A stretch of 64,000 bases of DNA from Amoebidium appalachense (GCA_963693365.1 CAVNZM010000004.1:8097093-8161092), one strand, 5' to 3'; shown: positions 1 to 40,629, counted from the stretch's first letter. Numbers and translations are program-made. Notes: a model not told the origin generated them from the letters alone.

Positions 1-8
1 CCATCATC

Positions 9-6219
<6,211 letters not shown>

Positions 6220-6472
6220 CTGCATCGTGAACAAATGTGTAGTTCTTGTGTTTTACAACCTCCATTTCTTTTTTTTATCGTTTTAAATGCTGTTCGGTGT
6301 GAACTTGGTTTTCTTTTTAATTTTTCTTTCTTTCTTTTTTTTTGTAGGTTGTGTTTGTACGGGGGGGTCCTCTGTATATTATACTTAGTCACGTTTTGCC
6401 GCCCTTCTCAATGAAAGGGGACTCTCCTAAATATTCTTTTCGGTTACGTTTTTTTTTCCCTTTGTTTTCCTT

Positions 6473-6550
6473 TTCTTCTTCTTCTTCTTCTTCTTCTTCT
6501 TCTTCTTCTTCTTCTTCTTCTTCTTCTTCTTCTTCTTCTTCTTCTTCTTC
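6473..6550. repeat. (TTC)n microsatellite
   Basis: Uninterrupted TTC run. Confidence 0.95.
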
Positions 6551-7204
6551 TTTTTTTAGTTTTTTGTGTGTGTGTGTCTGTGTTGGGGGGGGGGGGGGGG
6601 GGGGGGGGGGTCTAATCTAATCGAATGCCGTGATAATCTGTGCGATCCATAATCTAGACTAAGAATCTGCGAATATGGCATTGGAATGTATGTTTCATTA
6701 TGTGAACACCGATGTACATAGTATTACGTATACTTTATTGGGTCAAATGTAATAACACGGCATGCAGCTGCAGATTCCGTAATCCAATTATTCGTAAGAA
6801 AAGGCAAACTTACTGTAGAATAGGAGCCCTCAATTGATCGGCAAGGTTGCCTTCCATAGGTATGTAAAACAAGAAAAACGTGTCCACACATAGTAATGAA
6901 AGTCCAATAATAGGTCTTTGTGAAGACTTTTAGACACGCAGATAGATGCCTAGGCATGCAAACAGTAGCTAGGGTTTGCCTGTAAGAATTAAACTGTGCG
7001 TTGCACAAGCCCTCTTGCCTGCCATCGGATCTCAGTGGCAGCTGTTGTATGAGGCCACGCAGGTAAATATTCACGGTAGTACTACTATGGTGTACGTGAA
7101 ACTTCAAGGTTATGATGATCCAAATAAAAGTTTGAACCCCAAGGCTTATCGCACGAGCTACCTCCCCTCCCCCCCCCCTCCCCCCCCCCCCCTCCTTCCC
7201 ATAG

Positions 7205-7262
<58 letters not shown>

Positions 7263-7940
7263 ACTACTCCATCCGATATATCAAACGTTTTCATAGTTCA
7301 GAATCTGGGCCGTGTGAAATCCACTGGCATGTATTACCAGTTCACGTTTTCGATGCATTCGATGATATGTATGGAAGGGAAAATCATTGCAAGTATTGCA
7401 TACGCGTATATACATCAATCACAGTGACGGGTATATGCATGACTTAGTAACTGTTATAATACTATCTGCAGGCTCAATGCATATAAATAAAATTTTCTAC
7501 CTTTTTAGTTGTTTTATTACTAATGATATATGAGTGCATGCGGAGTGCATGCGGAAGCGCAATGCCATGTGGGTGCACGTTGACCTTCGACCATGGCGGG
7601 CCGCATATAGCTGCAGCCGGGTATTGCTAAGCTTCGGCTAGGTACGTTATTGTCTTCCACAAATTCTGAAGAAGCTCCATGCCACATACCCGGAGTATTG
7701 CATGTTTTGAGAAATCTGAAAACATTTACTCGCCGAGTGTGTTTACCTTCACTATTATAGATATTATAGCGGCTAGTGCTTGACTGCCCATCGGGTGGTG
7801 CGCGTGTGCTGGTCTTGTTGGGTGCATATACGTCTGTAGATGAATGTGTGTGTGTGTCTCTCTGTGTGCGCATGCATGTGTTTTTGGGTTTGGTAGCGTT
7901 AATATGGAAGTGCGGTGGTGGTTGGGGGAGGGGGGGGGAG

Positions 7941-7978
<38 letters not shown>

Positions 7979-8269
7979 TATGTGTGAGGCGGTTGGAATT
8001 CTGGGAAAGAGGAGACATCAAAATGCAACACAAATTGGCAAATATGTATAAATTTAACTCGACTTAGTAATTGAACCGAGAACGAAGAAAACTTAATACC
8101 ATATTAAAATAAAGGTGTGCTTGAAAGGGACATTTCAACAGAGCCCACCATCAGCTAGAGGGGGGGGGCGGGGGGGCATGCCTCCACAAAAAAAAAAAAG
8201 GGATTTTCACATCTCGTTTCAGGTGAGGGGTGGGGTGTGTGTGTGCGTTTTTGTGTGTGCTGTGTACGT

Positions 8270-8316
<47 letters not shown>

Positions 8317-8811
8317 GGGGGGGGGGGGAGGGAGGGGGGGATGCGGGCAACGTATGGGCCAGGTCCTATAATTGCAAAACACACATGCACAATCCGTAAC
8401 GCAATCTGAGATTGGGTGTGTTGTGTATGCATGTGCGTATGTACATGTGTGTGTGTGAACGTGTGCGCGTGTGGCTGTTTACATATTCTGCAGTTTTCAA
8501 TCCAAGCCCTCACCCTCTTCCCACTACCACTATCGTACCCCCATCTTCCCCTCCACATACACATATCCACACACATACGGCGGATATAAATGTGTTTCAG
8601 ACCATCCCTGAAGGCAACAACACGAGTTAACAATCCTAAGCACTGCATTTATTTCCTCAGTTTGTATTAACTTGTTGCATATTAGGTATTCGGGAAGGTT
8701 CGTGTTGTAGTTTTGCGCAACCTTTGTACATAACCAGGCACGTGAACCAAGTTTAGATCACCAGTGAGGTTTTGTGTTGGTTATCCTTACAGGTCGGGCC
8801 AGCCAGTGGTA

Positions 8812-8851
<40 letters not shown>

Positions 8852-9312
8852 TGTTTGTGAATGTGTGCAAGTGTATGTCAGTGCGTGTGGTGTGTGCGCG
8901 CGACAATGCTATTATGTTCTTACGGACATATACACCTATTAAACCCACAGTAGAACTGCTTACAGACACGCTACTCCGCCTGCCACGTACATATCACTAT
9001 TATAGTTTCACAGTCAGGCATCTATACCTATTAGCCATGGCATTGGAGAAAAAAGAAAACCCTCTAACTTGCCAAATCATGTGACCTGATGTTACTAGAG
9101 GGACGGGAAAGTACTGTTTACAATCGACATGAATGTGCACAAAACACGGATATCGATGAAACAAAGTTCAACATATGCAAATTGGTGTGGGGTAGCCCAT
9201 ATCAATACAACACGCAACGACCCCCCCCCAATTATGGTCGGGGAGTCGAGAGAAACTGTATAAGCCCCCCAACAAGCACTCAACGAAATTTCAGGAAAAT
9301 GTCCATTATAAT

Positions 9313-17250
<7,938 letters not shown>

Positions 17251-17370
17251 CCTGTCGAGTCACTGAGTTTTTGGCTTTTCTTTCTTGCTCGTTTTTCTTT
17301 AAAGCCTGTGTTTGTGTATAAGTGTGTACAGGCGGTGTGTGGTGGTGGTGGTGGTGGTGGTGGTGTGTGT

Positions 17371-17463
<93 letters not shown>

Positions 17464-18855
17464 TTCCATATGCTCAATGACAGTTGTCGCATGGGTATCT
17501 ATCTGGGCATGTCGGGGTGTGAATCTGGTCGTGTCGATGTCGTATTGTGCCTGTCACGCATATGTATGTACACAATTTTTGGCTTACAATCCAAGGTTGC
17601 GGAGAAACAAAACAAACAAAAGCTTTGCCCAAAAAAGGCAACGAGCTTCATGTTTCCCGACTGTATAAATAAAGAGAGCCCAAACAGAGGCAAGAATGTG
17701 TATAAAGGCATGAAAGGAAAGAGGGAGGGGGGGACGCTGTGAACAGTGGCCGGTGCCACCCAACTGACACTTTTGTGGAACACGTGCATGGTCTTGGCTG
17801 GAAGAGGGGAGATAACATGAGAGATTGGATTGGGTGGAGGAGGGGGAGGGGGGGGGGGTGAGGGGGGAAGCGGGACACCAGGGGGGGGGGGGGGGGGAGG
17901 GAGGGTGGGACGGCGGGTGGAGGAGGGGGTGTTGGTGGTGTGGTGGTGACGGTTGAAGGGGGGGGGGGGGGGGGGGGGGGAGGGGGGAGCCAGTGGCGAG
18001 GAGGGTGGAGCCAGTGACGAGGGGGAGAGGGGGGGGGGGGGGGGGGGAGGGATTTGCAGCGCACCTCAGAACCAGAAGCTCGGAACTTCGAAGGAGCACA
18101 CCTAGGAATGCTTGATCCGGCTTCTACTCTAACACGTAGCGAATGGTATGCTTATGAGTGAAAAAAAATGACACAAGCAATTTGAACCAGTATATTTCGC
18201 ACATCTGTTTCCTCGCTCCTTGTAGATGTACTGCTGTCGCCCCTTTGCAGATGGTGTGTCACAGCACCGTTTCAGACCCGAACCTCGTTCAATCTTTGTA
18301 CTCCTATACCATGCACGCAAACGCCTGCTTCTCTAACTCTGAGGCTTAGCAGCATAAAAACATGGACATACACAGTCTCGAAAAACGCTTGGACCGGTAT
18401 ACTTTTCCTTACGCCGCAAAACGAGACTGAGCCAGCGGCGCGATGAGAGAATACATAGTCTAAACTCGATGAGGTCACTGAAGAGTTAGAAAGCCCAATA
18501 GATTTCTAAAAACGTATGTCTAAGGTACAGTTTAGACTAATGGATCCTCGGTGAGCCAGAGAGAACCATTAGTTTTAAAGCCCCCAGCGCATTTAAAAGA
18601 GCTTTAATGTGCTTATTAAGCCAATCAAGTATCTTACACGACTAGCTGTACGATTACCAGCTTGTAATTACGTATTGAACCCCAATTTGCAAAAGAATTT
18701 TTTTTTGCTCTCAGTGAAGAAAAGGTCACTCCACAAATAACTGCTGGTTTCCCTGCCCCGTTCGTCTGCTTCTTTACACAACCAATTATTATAGTGGAAT
18801 AGAAGGCTTCATTTATTTTTTCTTCCGAGTGCCCTCCTCGATTTTGAGCATCAGA
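17251..18855. promoter_or_regulatory. Divergent RMD1/ARPC1 intergenic region with promoter(s) and probable RMD1 5' exons
   Basis: Two genes start head-to-head. 18060-18850 is repeat-free, and a CAG acceptor lies just upstream of the RMD1 ATG. Confidence 0.5.
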
Positions 18856-30562
<11,707 letters not shown>

Positions 30563-31928
30563 ACGCCCAATCAAATTACTGCTAGGTGAACCTTTTATGG
30601 AAGTATATGAGAAATGTGCCTTTACCCTAAGTGAAAGGAAGCTCGGATGGCGGGTGGGGGTTAGAGGTGGGGTGGCTAAGTTTGGTAGGAGTGTTTGATG
30701 TGCATCGTAGTAGTTCTATTTATAGCACACTGCGAGCCCCTAATTCACATATCATCGTGACGTTTATTTTGTTGTGAGATGGGTGAATGGACTGCTTGGT
30801 TGCACCGTAATGATATACACACATATAGTTACTTTTCAGAAGAAAATAAATGTCATGTAAACACAGACAAGTGTGATTTTGTCAGCCTGCGCTGCGCTGC
30901 AGCCACCCCCCTGCAAATGCATCCCACTGGCCGCCACCATTTATCATCCCCCCCCCCCCCCCCCCCCCCCAAACTCCCAACCCCAACCCTACCCCGGGCC
31001 ACACCTCTCTTCCCGGAAATATGCCACGACCCGCACACCAATGATCAACGAGCACATACACATAGTCACGCACATGCACAGTCTCTTGCACATAAAGGTA
31101 AACACACCAAATAAGTACGCACGCACGCGCGCGTAATTACAGGCACCCACGGACACATTCACACACGCGCACGCACACGCACACACACACACAAAAAAAA
31201 ACATACACACACAAAAAGGAGAGAGTTGGGCCCTGGAAGTACTACATAGTAGAATAGTGCATCGTGTCAGAGATTCTTTGGTCGCCAGTCGTGCACATAT
31301 ACATCTTCGTCCCACCACATACGCATTCGAATTCCCTTCTGGTAGGCCTCCTGCCCTATAGCCTCCCAGATTGAGTGGCCTTCCTTAATTTGGCTGTATA
31401 TCTCAATGCAACGTACCCGGTCCTGGAAATATGCGTAAAGCCAGCGCAGGCTATAACTCAGCACTCATCACATACTGTGTACATGTCAGTCATGAGCATG
31501 CCATTTATGCAACAACCAGCAGCACCATCGAACCCCACCGTGCATCCCCTCTATTAGCGTGCCCTCCCCCCCCCCCTCCCCCCGCTACACTCCTCCACAT
31601 GCATGGCACCGTGCACCGTGCACCGTGCACCGTGCCCGAACTAATATGAGATCGTGCTCCCATCCCGTTATGATTAACATGGACTCACACTCGTGCAAGA
31701 GTCAGATGCTCTAGACTCGTGATATGTGCGACACATTTGCCGTTTCCAGCTTCATAAAGGTTAGCCTAGGCTGTTGCAGTATTTTGCACGACAACTTCGA
31801 TGTCTGATTTGATAGTTGAGGGGGTGCCACGGAACACGATCTCGTCCAAGTTGGAGCACGGTTCAAGGTGTAGTATGTCACAGGAGGAGGAGGAAGGGGG
31901 GCAGGGGGAGGGGGCCGGGGGATGACGG

Positions 31929-31963
<35 letters not shown>

Positions 31964-32729
31964 CGGGTGGGGGGGGGGGGGAGGAGGTAATATAGTCCGT
32001 GTGTAGTGTCCGGAGCTATGGCCGGGGGGGAGAGGGGGGGAGGGGGGAAAGAGGATGGGGAGGGTGAGGGGAGTGAAGGGCGCCGGGGAGGGCCCGGGAA
32101 TTATATGGCACAAAATCACATCTCCAGATCCCCTTCTTGCCATCCATACCTCCCGTCTCGCTTTTCTTTCTTTCTCCCTGTCTCTCTGAGTTTCTTTCGA
32201 TCAGAGTGTCACTCTAGAGATCTGTGTTTGTGCTACACTACATTACTCTAGAAAGTGCTTGGGTGCATTTCTAATGGTGCGCGTTGATCTCACCAGGATT
32301 GATCATTCATGAGCACAGAATGGGGGAGGGGAGGGGAGTAAGCACGAGGCACTCTGCGTCCTACCAAAAATTCCTCAATAGAGTTACAGATAAATAGGCT
32401 GAGCTCCAATACCACGGATGATGATAATACAGAGAATCCAGTGGTTGCTTGACCCAAGAAAACTTTACTGACGGAAAAGACACCACGGCGGCCGGTGCGA
32501 ACTTCGAAGCCTTTCGAAGCAGCTTCTCTCAACTTCAAAAACATCGTACGATGAACCGGATTGGTCGCCCTTCCAGGAGCAAACCATGTTGCCAAATAAA
32601 GGTAGAAAGCCTTCATCTATCGAATCAAAATAAGGTATACAAATCCGGTTTGACAAAGTCCCGCCAATAGGAGCACGCATAGATGTACATGATAAGTGCA
32701 CCAATCAAATGGGATGTTTTCGAACCCTA

Positions 32730-35379
32730 ACTGGGGAGTGGCCTTTTGGCCATCAACCATGTCAAAACTCTCTCTCCCTCCTAACCTCTCTAGGTCATCT
32801 GACCACTCTCCTATCCTTTTCCTACCTAAGATCTCCCTTGATCTGCTCCCCCCTCCCCCTCCCACCTTTCGCCTCCGTCTATCCCAGCTTAAGTCACAGT
32901 GGGGTAGAGTTGATGTATGTGTATGCTATGCTACGAAACACCCTATATATATGCGCCTATTAGAATCTGCACAAGCCAGGCCAGATTCACATCTCGTACT
33001 AGATACATGCACTAACTTTATTGTTGATGATTTGATAGATCTCGGTGATTATGCTGGCGGTGGTAGGAAGGAATATCCCGATGCTCTCTTGTTACCAAAC
33101 ACCACTCCCGCTAGACTAGGTGAACCCCTGTCTCAAAAGGAAAGCTTGCGCCGGCTTGCTAGTATGAATCGATTTGGCCCCCCTGCTCGTATTATTGGTG
33201 ATACCACTGGAGACCCCCTCATAGACTCTGATAAGTATTTCTCGGAACTGTTTAAAGATAGGACCCCCGCTCAGAAACCTATTGTGTGGCCTGTAGACCC
33301 ATCTATCCCCATAGAATCGATCCTCCCCTTTTTCAGTCCCGATGCCATATGGTCTGTGATATCTAGTTATAGCTCTAGTAAGTCTTGTGGACCTGATGGA
33401 CTCCCTGCTGGGTTTCTTAAAATCCTTGTTCCCTCCTACCCACAAAAGGAAAGTGATCGTGCTATTAAACCTGATCTTACTATCATGTTAAGCTCTCTCT
33501 TTTCTTGGTGTGTTAAATGTGGACATGTCCCGTCATCTTGGTTAGATACCTTAGTGATCCCCATAGTTAAGAAGGACTCTGAGGGCCCCATATCATCCTT
33601 TCGCCCCATTACACTAACCCAGGTTGTTCGTAGATTCTTTGAAGCTTGCTTACTTAGGTTATTTGCACATCACCCTAGGTTTCAATCTATTCTTCACATA
33701 CACCCATGCCAATCCGCTTTTCGTAAAAACAATTCATGTTATGTTCAAATAATGGCACTGCACGATTCTATGCAAGTTGGTGCACAATATGTTGGCTTTA
33801 TTGATTGGAAAACTGCTTACGATTCTGTCTCCCCTGGTCTCCTATGGGAAAAGCTTGCTGCACGGGGTGTACCACACTGCATTGGTGTTCTGTTAGAAGC
33901 ACTCTTGTCTCAAACCTATGGTAGAGCTGTGGTTAATGGGCATCTTTCATATGGTTTTGCTCGTACTAGAGGTCTCTTGCAGGGCTCATTGCTTAGCCCC
34001 TTTTTGTTTAACCTATTTATAGATGATTTGGCTGTCAAGATTTACGCCGAAAACGATGACCCTATTAATAACTTTCCGCCTGCACTTCTCTATGCTGATG
34101 ATCTGTCCCTCCTTGCCCGTACCCCTAGACGCCTGCAAAGATTGTTCGATGTAGTGTCAGAGTGGTGCAAGGCAAACCTTATGATCCTTAACATAGACAA
34201 ATGTGGTGTTCTTGTACCTGATATAGCTAACAATTTACACACATTTACATTATCATCTAAACCTGTACCTATAGTTCCAGAATACAAATATCTTGGTGTT
34301 CCGGTTGATTCTGTTGGTGTTATGTTTCCCCATATGGTCGAAAAGAGGGTAGAGTTGGCTCGTAAGCGGTTAGCTTTCTTCTCGGCTAATATTTTTAAAG
34401 ACACACCCCTCCATCCTTCTATTAGACTTACATTTATTCGCACTTTTGTCTTCCCGGCATGTGAATATGGTTTACCCCTTCTCGCCGCTTGGATCAAGAA
34501 AGAGAGAACTAGAGCGCTTAAACCCTTGGCAAATTTCCTTGAAGCAGAAGTTGCCTCCTTTCTATCTAACAACTGTTGTAAACCTGGGCCTGTAACGCTC
34601 TCGATATATGGTCTGGTCCCAATAGCTGCTAGAGTATCCTATCTCGCGCTGAAATTCAATAAGCACATAAGCCGCTTAAAGAAGTATTTGCCCTCCCACC
34701 CTCTCTTCTCTATCCGACCTGTCCCCTCCTCACCTCTCCCCTCTTTCCTCCCCCTCTCTCTCCCCTTCTCCCCTGGGCACAAATACAAATAAACCCCGCA
34801 ATAGTGTGTGTGTGACTTTGGACTGCCACTTACTTATTAAACATGTACACAATCACAAGATAATCACGCAATATAACAAATGGAAAAAGATACCAAACGA
34901 CACTAGACCCGATGAAAGCATACACCTTGAAAAACTAAGCCTTATGTCTCGTTTTATATATACTGACCGCCTCAACCATATTGCCAAATATGGCACTCGC
35001 AAGTGTATAACACCTAAATACATATTACCTTCCTGTAGAACTGGTCTTTCTCTAGCTGATGGTATTATTGATCAATTACCACGCTTTTACTGTACACGTG
35101 CTATACAGTGGAGATCTAATAAGTATAAGGTGGCATCATTTGCATGCCCAAACAACACACACACACACCAGTTTAACCGGTCATGTATCGCCAAATGTAG
35201 TTTGATAGACCACATAATACCGCAACACACACACGTCACATTCACAACAGACACCCAGAAAGATAGCCTACCTGTAAATTACAACATCCTTGATTTTATA
35301 CTAAACACGCGTAACTACGACCTGTTTATTAGATGTATTGATTGGCTTGAGAAACACATCACTACAAAATTATAGCGCA

Positions 35380-35460
<81 letters not shown>

Positions 35461-35493
35461 CCAGCTGATACCGAGTGTCCCGAGGGGAGCCCC

Positions 35494-35554
<61 letters not shown>

Positions 35555-35750
35555 GGGGAACCCCAACTAATTGATTTCTCCTTGTAGTCTTTATGGTGTC
35601 TCGTAGAGAAAGTAAACCCTGATATATAGTCACCACCCGACATCTATGTACGTGATCATGATATACCGCTGAGGGGATATTCCGAGCAAAACCCCCCCCC
35701 CCATACCTGAGACTGGTTCTCTTTGCCTCGAGTAAACAGCGTAAACCCCC
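32730..35750 (+). mobile_element. 5'-truncated non-LTR retrotransposon (LINE), copy 1
   Basis: Essentially identical to 60330-63325 (minus). RT motifs GPDG, FRPITL, QSAFR, DWKTAYD, GLLQGSLLSP and YADD are present, with a 1-nt C-run frameshift near 34750. 3' UTR has (CA)n, an internal A-tract and a GTAAACCCCC end. Confidence 0.93.
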
Positions 35751-36172
35751 AATGCCATATAGCTCAACAATAAGCTCATGTGGCGTCGTTTTTGAACCAC
35801 CCCGCGCAGAGTTTTGTTGACACGTTTGCAGTCTCGTTCGCAGTCAGTTGACAAAAGAGAGAGGGAAAACGAACATCCGCTGAAATCTCGCGATCGAGAG
35901 AAGGCGTTGGTAAATCTAGTTGGTGGCTGTTTTCTAACATCATTTTTTTGCCGTTTGTCCGGTCAAGTAGCCTGTAGAAGTTGCTCCCTGTCGAACCGAC
36001 CACCTAGGGATGATTCCTTAGCGTACAGTACAATGAGATCTGCACTGTTGTGATCACAGAAACATAGGCACTATCACACTCTACCCTTTCTAAACAGCAT
36101 ATCATTACTTCTTTAATAGTTTTCTCCAAACCACTCGATATTTTTTTGCTGGAAGTTGCTTTAACCCACATC

Positions 36173-37673
36173 ATGGCGCGATCTAGTGCAATGGCCCTCT
36201 CGGGGGCCCTTGCCACTGCATTTTTCGTTTACCATGTTTCAGCCGCCGATTCACAAGAAAACACCACCTTTCTGGCTGGGGTAGAGGGCATGACGGCCCA
36301 GTTTGAGCACTTGAAGGTTTCTGCACAGCAGCAGCTCGACTGGTATGGACACAAGGTTGAAACGGCGTGGCAGTACATGCTGGACAACTATGATGAATTT
36401 ACCATCTGCTCCATCTTCACTTTTATTCTGCACGAGGTAATCCTTCATTCACTGTGGCGTTTATTCATTGTGGCGTTTAGGCAGATAATCTGGGCGTGGT
36501 TGTACGGATGCTTCCCTTTTGCTAACAGGAACTGTGTCACAAGGAAGAAGCCTGGGTAGGAAGAGAATGGGGTCTAGGTGGAGGAAGAAGGAGAGGGGCG
36601 GAGGAGGGGGGATCTAGGGGGAAAGGGGGTCAGTGGAGTGTGTGTCCTTTTCTGTGTTCAACTTTTGCACGAGCGTACGGTTGTTAAATTGGTAGTTTGT
36701 TGGGTGCATTTTGGTGCACACAAGCACCCGTGCCTGCCCCCCTCCCCCTCCCCCCCCTCCCCTCTTCCCCCCGCCCACACACACACACACTACACCCCGG
36801 GGCCCACTGCTGTCCGCTGGCTGTGCTTCAAACACGCATTCTAACACCGATCCTGTGGGTGTGTTGTTGTCTATTCTTTTGACGTGTACCTTGACACCTA
36901 CCGGTCCAGCCCCCCTCCCTCCCCCCTTCCCCGGGGCTCCCCCAGTGACTCACCCCCCAGTCGGTCAACTCACTCTTCTAAGTCACTGATCTCTTCATCC
37001 TTCCAGATGTTTACACCCCCAATCCTTTCATCATCACACGCACCGTTGTTTCTTTTGCCCCCCCCCCCCCTCCCCTCCCCCCGCCCCCTTCTACCTTCCC
37101 CACCCCCACCCCCTCCCCCCCCCCCCCCCTCCCCTCCCCCTCCCCCCCCCCCCCCCCCCCCCCCCCCACACACACACACATGCCGCTGCCCGCCGACCCA
37201 GTCACACCCGCCTCCGCGGCTATTCTTCGTTTCCTTTTTTTCTTGTGACGTTCTAGCTCTCGCCCTGTGTAACCATGTATATATACATATATATATAAGT
37301 CCATGTGTTCCCCCCTATATATATATAGATATAAGTCCATGTGTTCCCCCCCCCCCCCCCCCCCCCCCCTTCCGGGCCCCCTGACCCGTGCTTACCCGTG
37401 GTCGCAATTGCAGGACGTTCTGGTGGTTGTTTCTGTAAATATTCCCTACTGTGAACCGGCACATGCCCACTAACACGATCCAACCTACATACCTTTTCCT
37501 TCCTCTCCTCAACTCTAACATTATCTCCCCCACATCCCTCCCCCCACCCCACCCGGGCTTTACCCCCCACCCCCCCTCCCAACCCCCCACCCCAAAACCC
37601 TGGGCACACAACGTCCAGATACACGTGATATGTGTGATCCGTCCACCCACGACACCACATTCACGTAAACATA

Positions 37674-37709
<36 letters not shown>

Positions 37710-37747
37710 AACCAACCTTGGAGTACACACGTACACATGCAAACACA

Positions 37748-37793
<46 letters not shown>

Positions 37794-38114
37794 CACACAC
37801 CAATACACAGGCCGCCTACTTCGGTTTCAGCCTCCCATGGCTTCTCATTGACCAGATCCCCTTTTTCCGCAAGTACAAGATCCAGTCAGCCAAACCAAAC
37901 ACATGGGCCCAGCAGTGGAGATGTTTCAAGGCTCTGCTGTTTAACCACATAGTGATCCAGTTCCCCATGATGCTTCTCTTTCACAGAGTGGTTAAGGAGT
38001 TTGGCTTCAGCATCGAGCTGCCCTTGCCACCAGTCACGACGATGGCCTGGCAGGTGCGTTGGGCGGTTTCCTCAGCTCTAGTTGATAAATTTGGCATGGA
38101 ATGTGTGTGTGTGA

Positions 38115-38151
<37 letters not shown>

Positions 38152-39112
38152 GTTGAAGGGGGGGGGGGGGGGGGGAGGGGGGAGGGATAGGTGGGTGTAG
38201 AGGGGATGAAAGGGGGGGGGGGAGTAGGGGAAGGGAGGGTTAGGGTAAGTATCGAGAGCGTCGCAAGGGATTGGGAGTAAGGAACGAAAGAGAAAAAAGG
38301 GAGGTATGTGTGGCAGGGGAAGAAATGGCATGTGTATGTGCATGGAGCAAGCAAGGAACGTGGGGCAGTGGCGGCCTGGGAGGAGGGGAAGGGGGGGGGG
38401 GGGGGGGGGGACCGGAGGGTGAAGAAGGGGGTATGTAGGTGAGTGGAATGCAAAGGCTACACCGACCCAAGGGAGGATCCGGGAGGGGTGGGGGGAGAGG
38501 GGGGGGGGGGGGGGCTTGTCTAAGGCAACGGACTTGCTAAAATATCAGATTCGCTTCTATATGGAGCCCTTTAGTCAAGAACAGGAAATCAGTGTGCTAT
38601 TGGCAAAGAGTGAAATACACGCACCAACATGCATGGATGCGTACACATGCACACACGCAAGTACAATTTCACACACACATGCGTATGCCCTGATACAGAT
38701 GCGCACATGCACATACACAACACCGACACACACTCTCTCAGTCTCACACACACACAGTGCTCACACCTACATGAGTGCACCCATGCATACATAAACGCTC
38801 ACACCCCTCACACACATACCTTTACACACACACACACACACACACACACGGGGGTTTATGCTGTTTACTCGAGGCAAAGAGAGACCAGTCTCAGGTATGG
38901 GGGGGTTTTGCTCGGAATATCCCCTCAGCAGTATATCATGATCACGTACATAGCTGTCGGGTGATGATTATATATCAGGGTTTACTTTCTCTACGAGACA
39001 CCATAAAGACTTAAGAAAAATCAATTAGTTGGAGTTCTCCGGTTTTTTTTTTTTTTGGTTTTTTTTTTGGTTTTTTTTTTCGGGCTCCCCTGGGACACTC
39101 GGTATCAGCTGG

Positions 39113-39169
<57 letters not shown>

Positions 39170-40416
39170 AGAATTTTGTAATGATGTGTTTCTCAAGCCA
39201 ATCAATACATCTAATAAACAGGTTGTAGTTTCGCGTGTTTAGTATAAAATCAAGGATGTTGTAATTTTTAGGTAGGCTATCTTTCTGGGTGTCTGTTGTG
39301 AATGTGACGTGTGCGTGTTGCGGTATTATGTGGTCTATCAAACTACATTTGGCGATACATGACCGTTTAAACTGGTGTGTGTGTGTGTTGTTTGGGCATG
39401 CAAACGATGCCACCTTATACTTATTAGATCTCCACTGTATAGCACGTGTACAGTAAAAGCGTGGTATGTGATCAATATTACCATCAGCTAGAGAAAGACC
39501 AATTCTACAGGAAGGTAATATGTATTTAGGTGTTACACATTTGCGAGTGCCATATTTGGCAATATGGTTAAGGCGGCCATTATATATAAAACGAGACATA
39601 AGGCTTAGTTTTTCAAGGTGTATGCTTTCATCGGGTCTGGTGTCGTGTGGTATCTTTTTCCATTTGTTATATTGCGTATTATCTTGTGATTGTGTACATG
39701 TCTGATAAGTGGCAGTCCAAAGTCACACGCACACTTTTGCGGGGTTTATTTGTATTTGTGCCCGGGGGAAAAGGGGAGAGAGAGGAAAGGAAAGAGGGAA
39801 GAGGTGAGAGGGGACAGGTCGGATAGAGAAGAGAGGGTGGGAGGGCAAGTACTTCTTTAAGCGGCTTGTGTGCTTATTGAATTTCAGCGCGAGATGGGAT
39901 ACTCTAGCAGCTATTGGGACCAGACCATATATCGAGAGCGTTACAGGCCCAGGTTTACAACAGTTGCTAGATAGAAAGGAGGCAACTTCTGCTTCAAGGA
40001 AATTTGCCAAGGGTTTAAGCGCTCTAGTTCTCTCTTTCTTGATCCAAGCGGCGAGAAGGGGTAAACCATATTCACATGCCGGGAAGACAAAAGTGCGAAT
40101 AAATGTAAGTCTAATTGAAAGGATGGAGGGGTGTGTCTTTAAAAATATTAGCCGAGAAGAAAGCTAACCGCTTACGAGCCAGCTCTACCCTCTTTTCGAC
40201 CATATGGGAAAACATAACACCAACAGAATTAACCGGAACACCAAGATATTTGTATTCTGGAACTATAGGTACAGGTTTAGATGATAATGTAAATGTGCGT
40301 AAGTTGTTAGCTATATCAGGTACAAGAACACCACATTTGTCTATGTTAAGGATCATAAGGTTTGCCTTGCACCTACACACACACACACACATACACACAC
40401 GCACACACACGCACAC

Positions 40417-40496
<80 letters not shown>

Positions 40497-40580
40497 GTGC
40501 TCAGCGCAACAAACTGTAGCAGGCACCAGATATGAATGCATGGCTCTCAACAGCATTTGCCACCCACAGATCACAATGCC

Positions 40581-40629
<49 letters not shown>

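Noticed and set aside
34740-34806. Programmed frameshift or two-ORF structure in LINE copy 1
   Set aside because: Copy 3 is continuous here; copy 1 just has one extra C in a homopolymer.
35498-35552. A-tract as the LINE poly(A) tail
   Set aside because: All three copies share a further ~200 bp beyond it, so it is internal.
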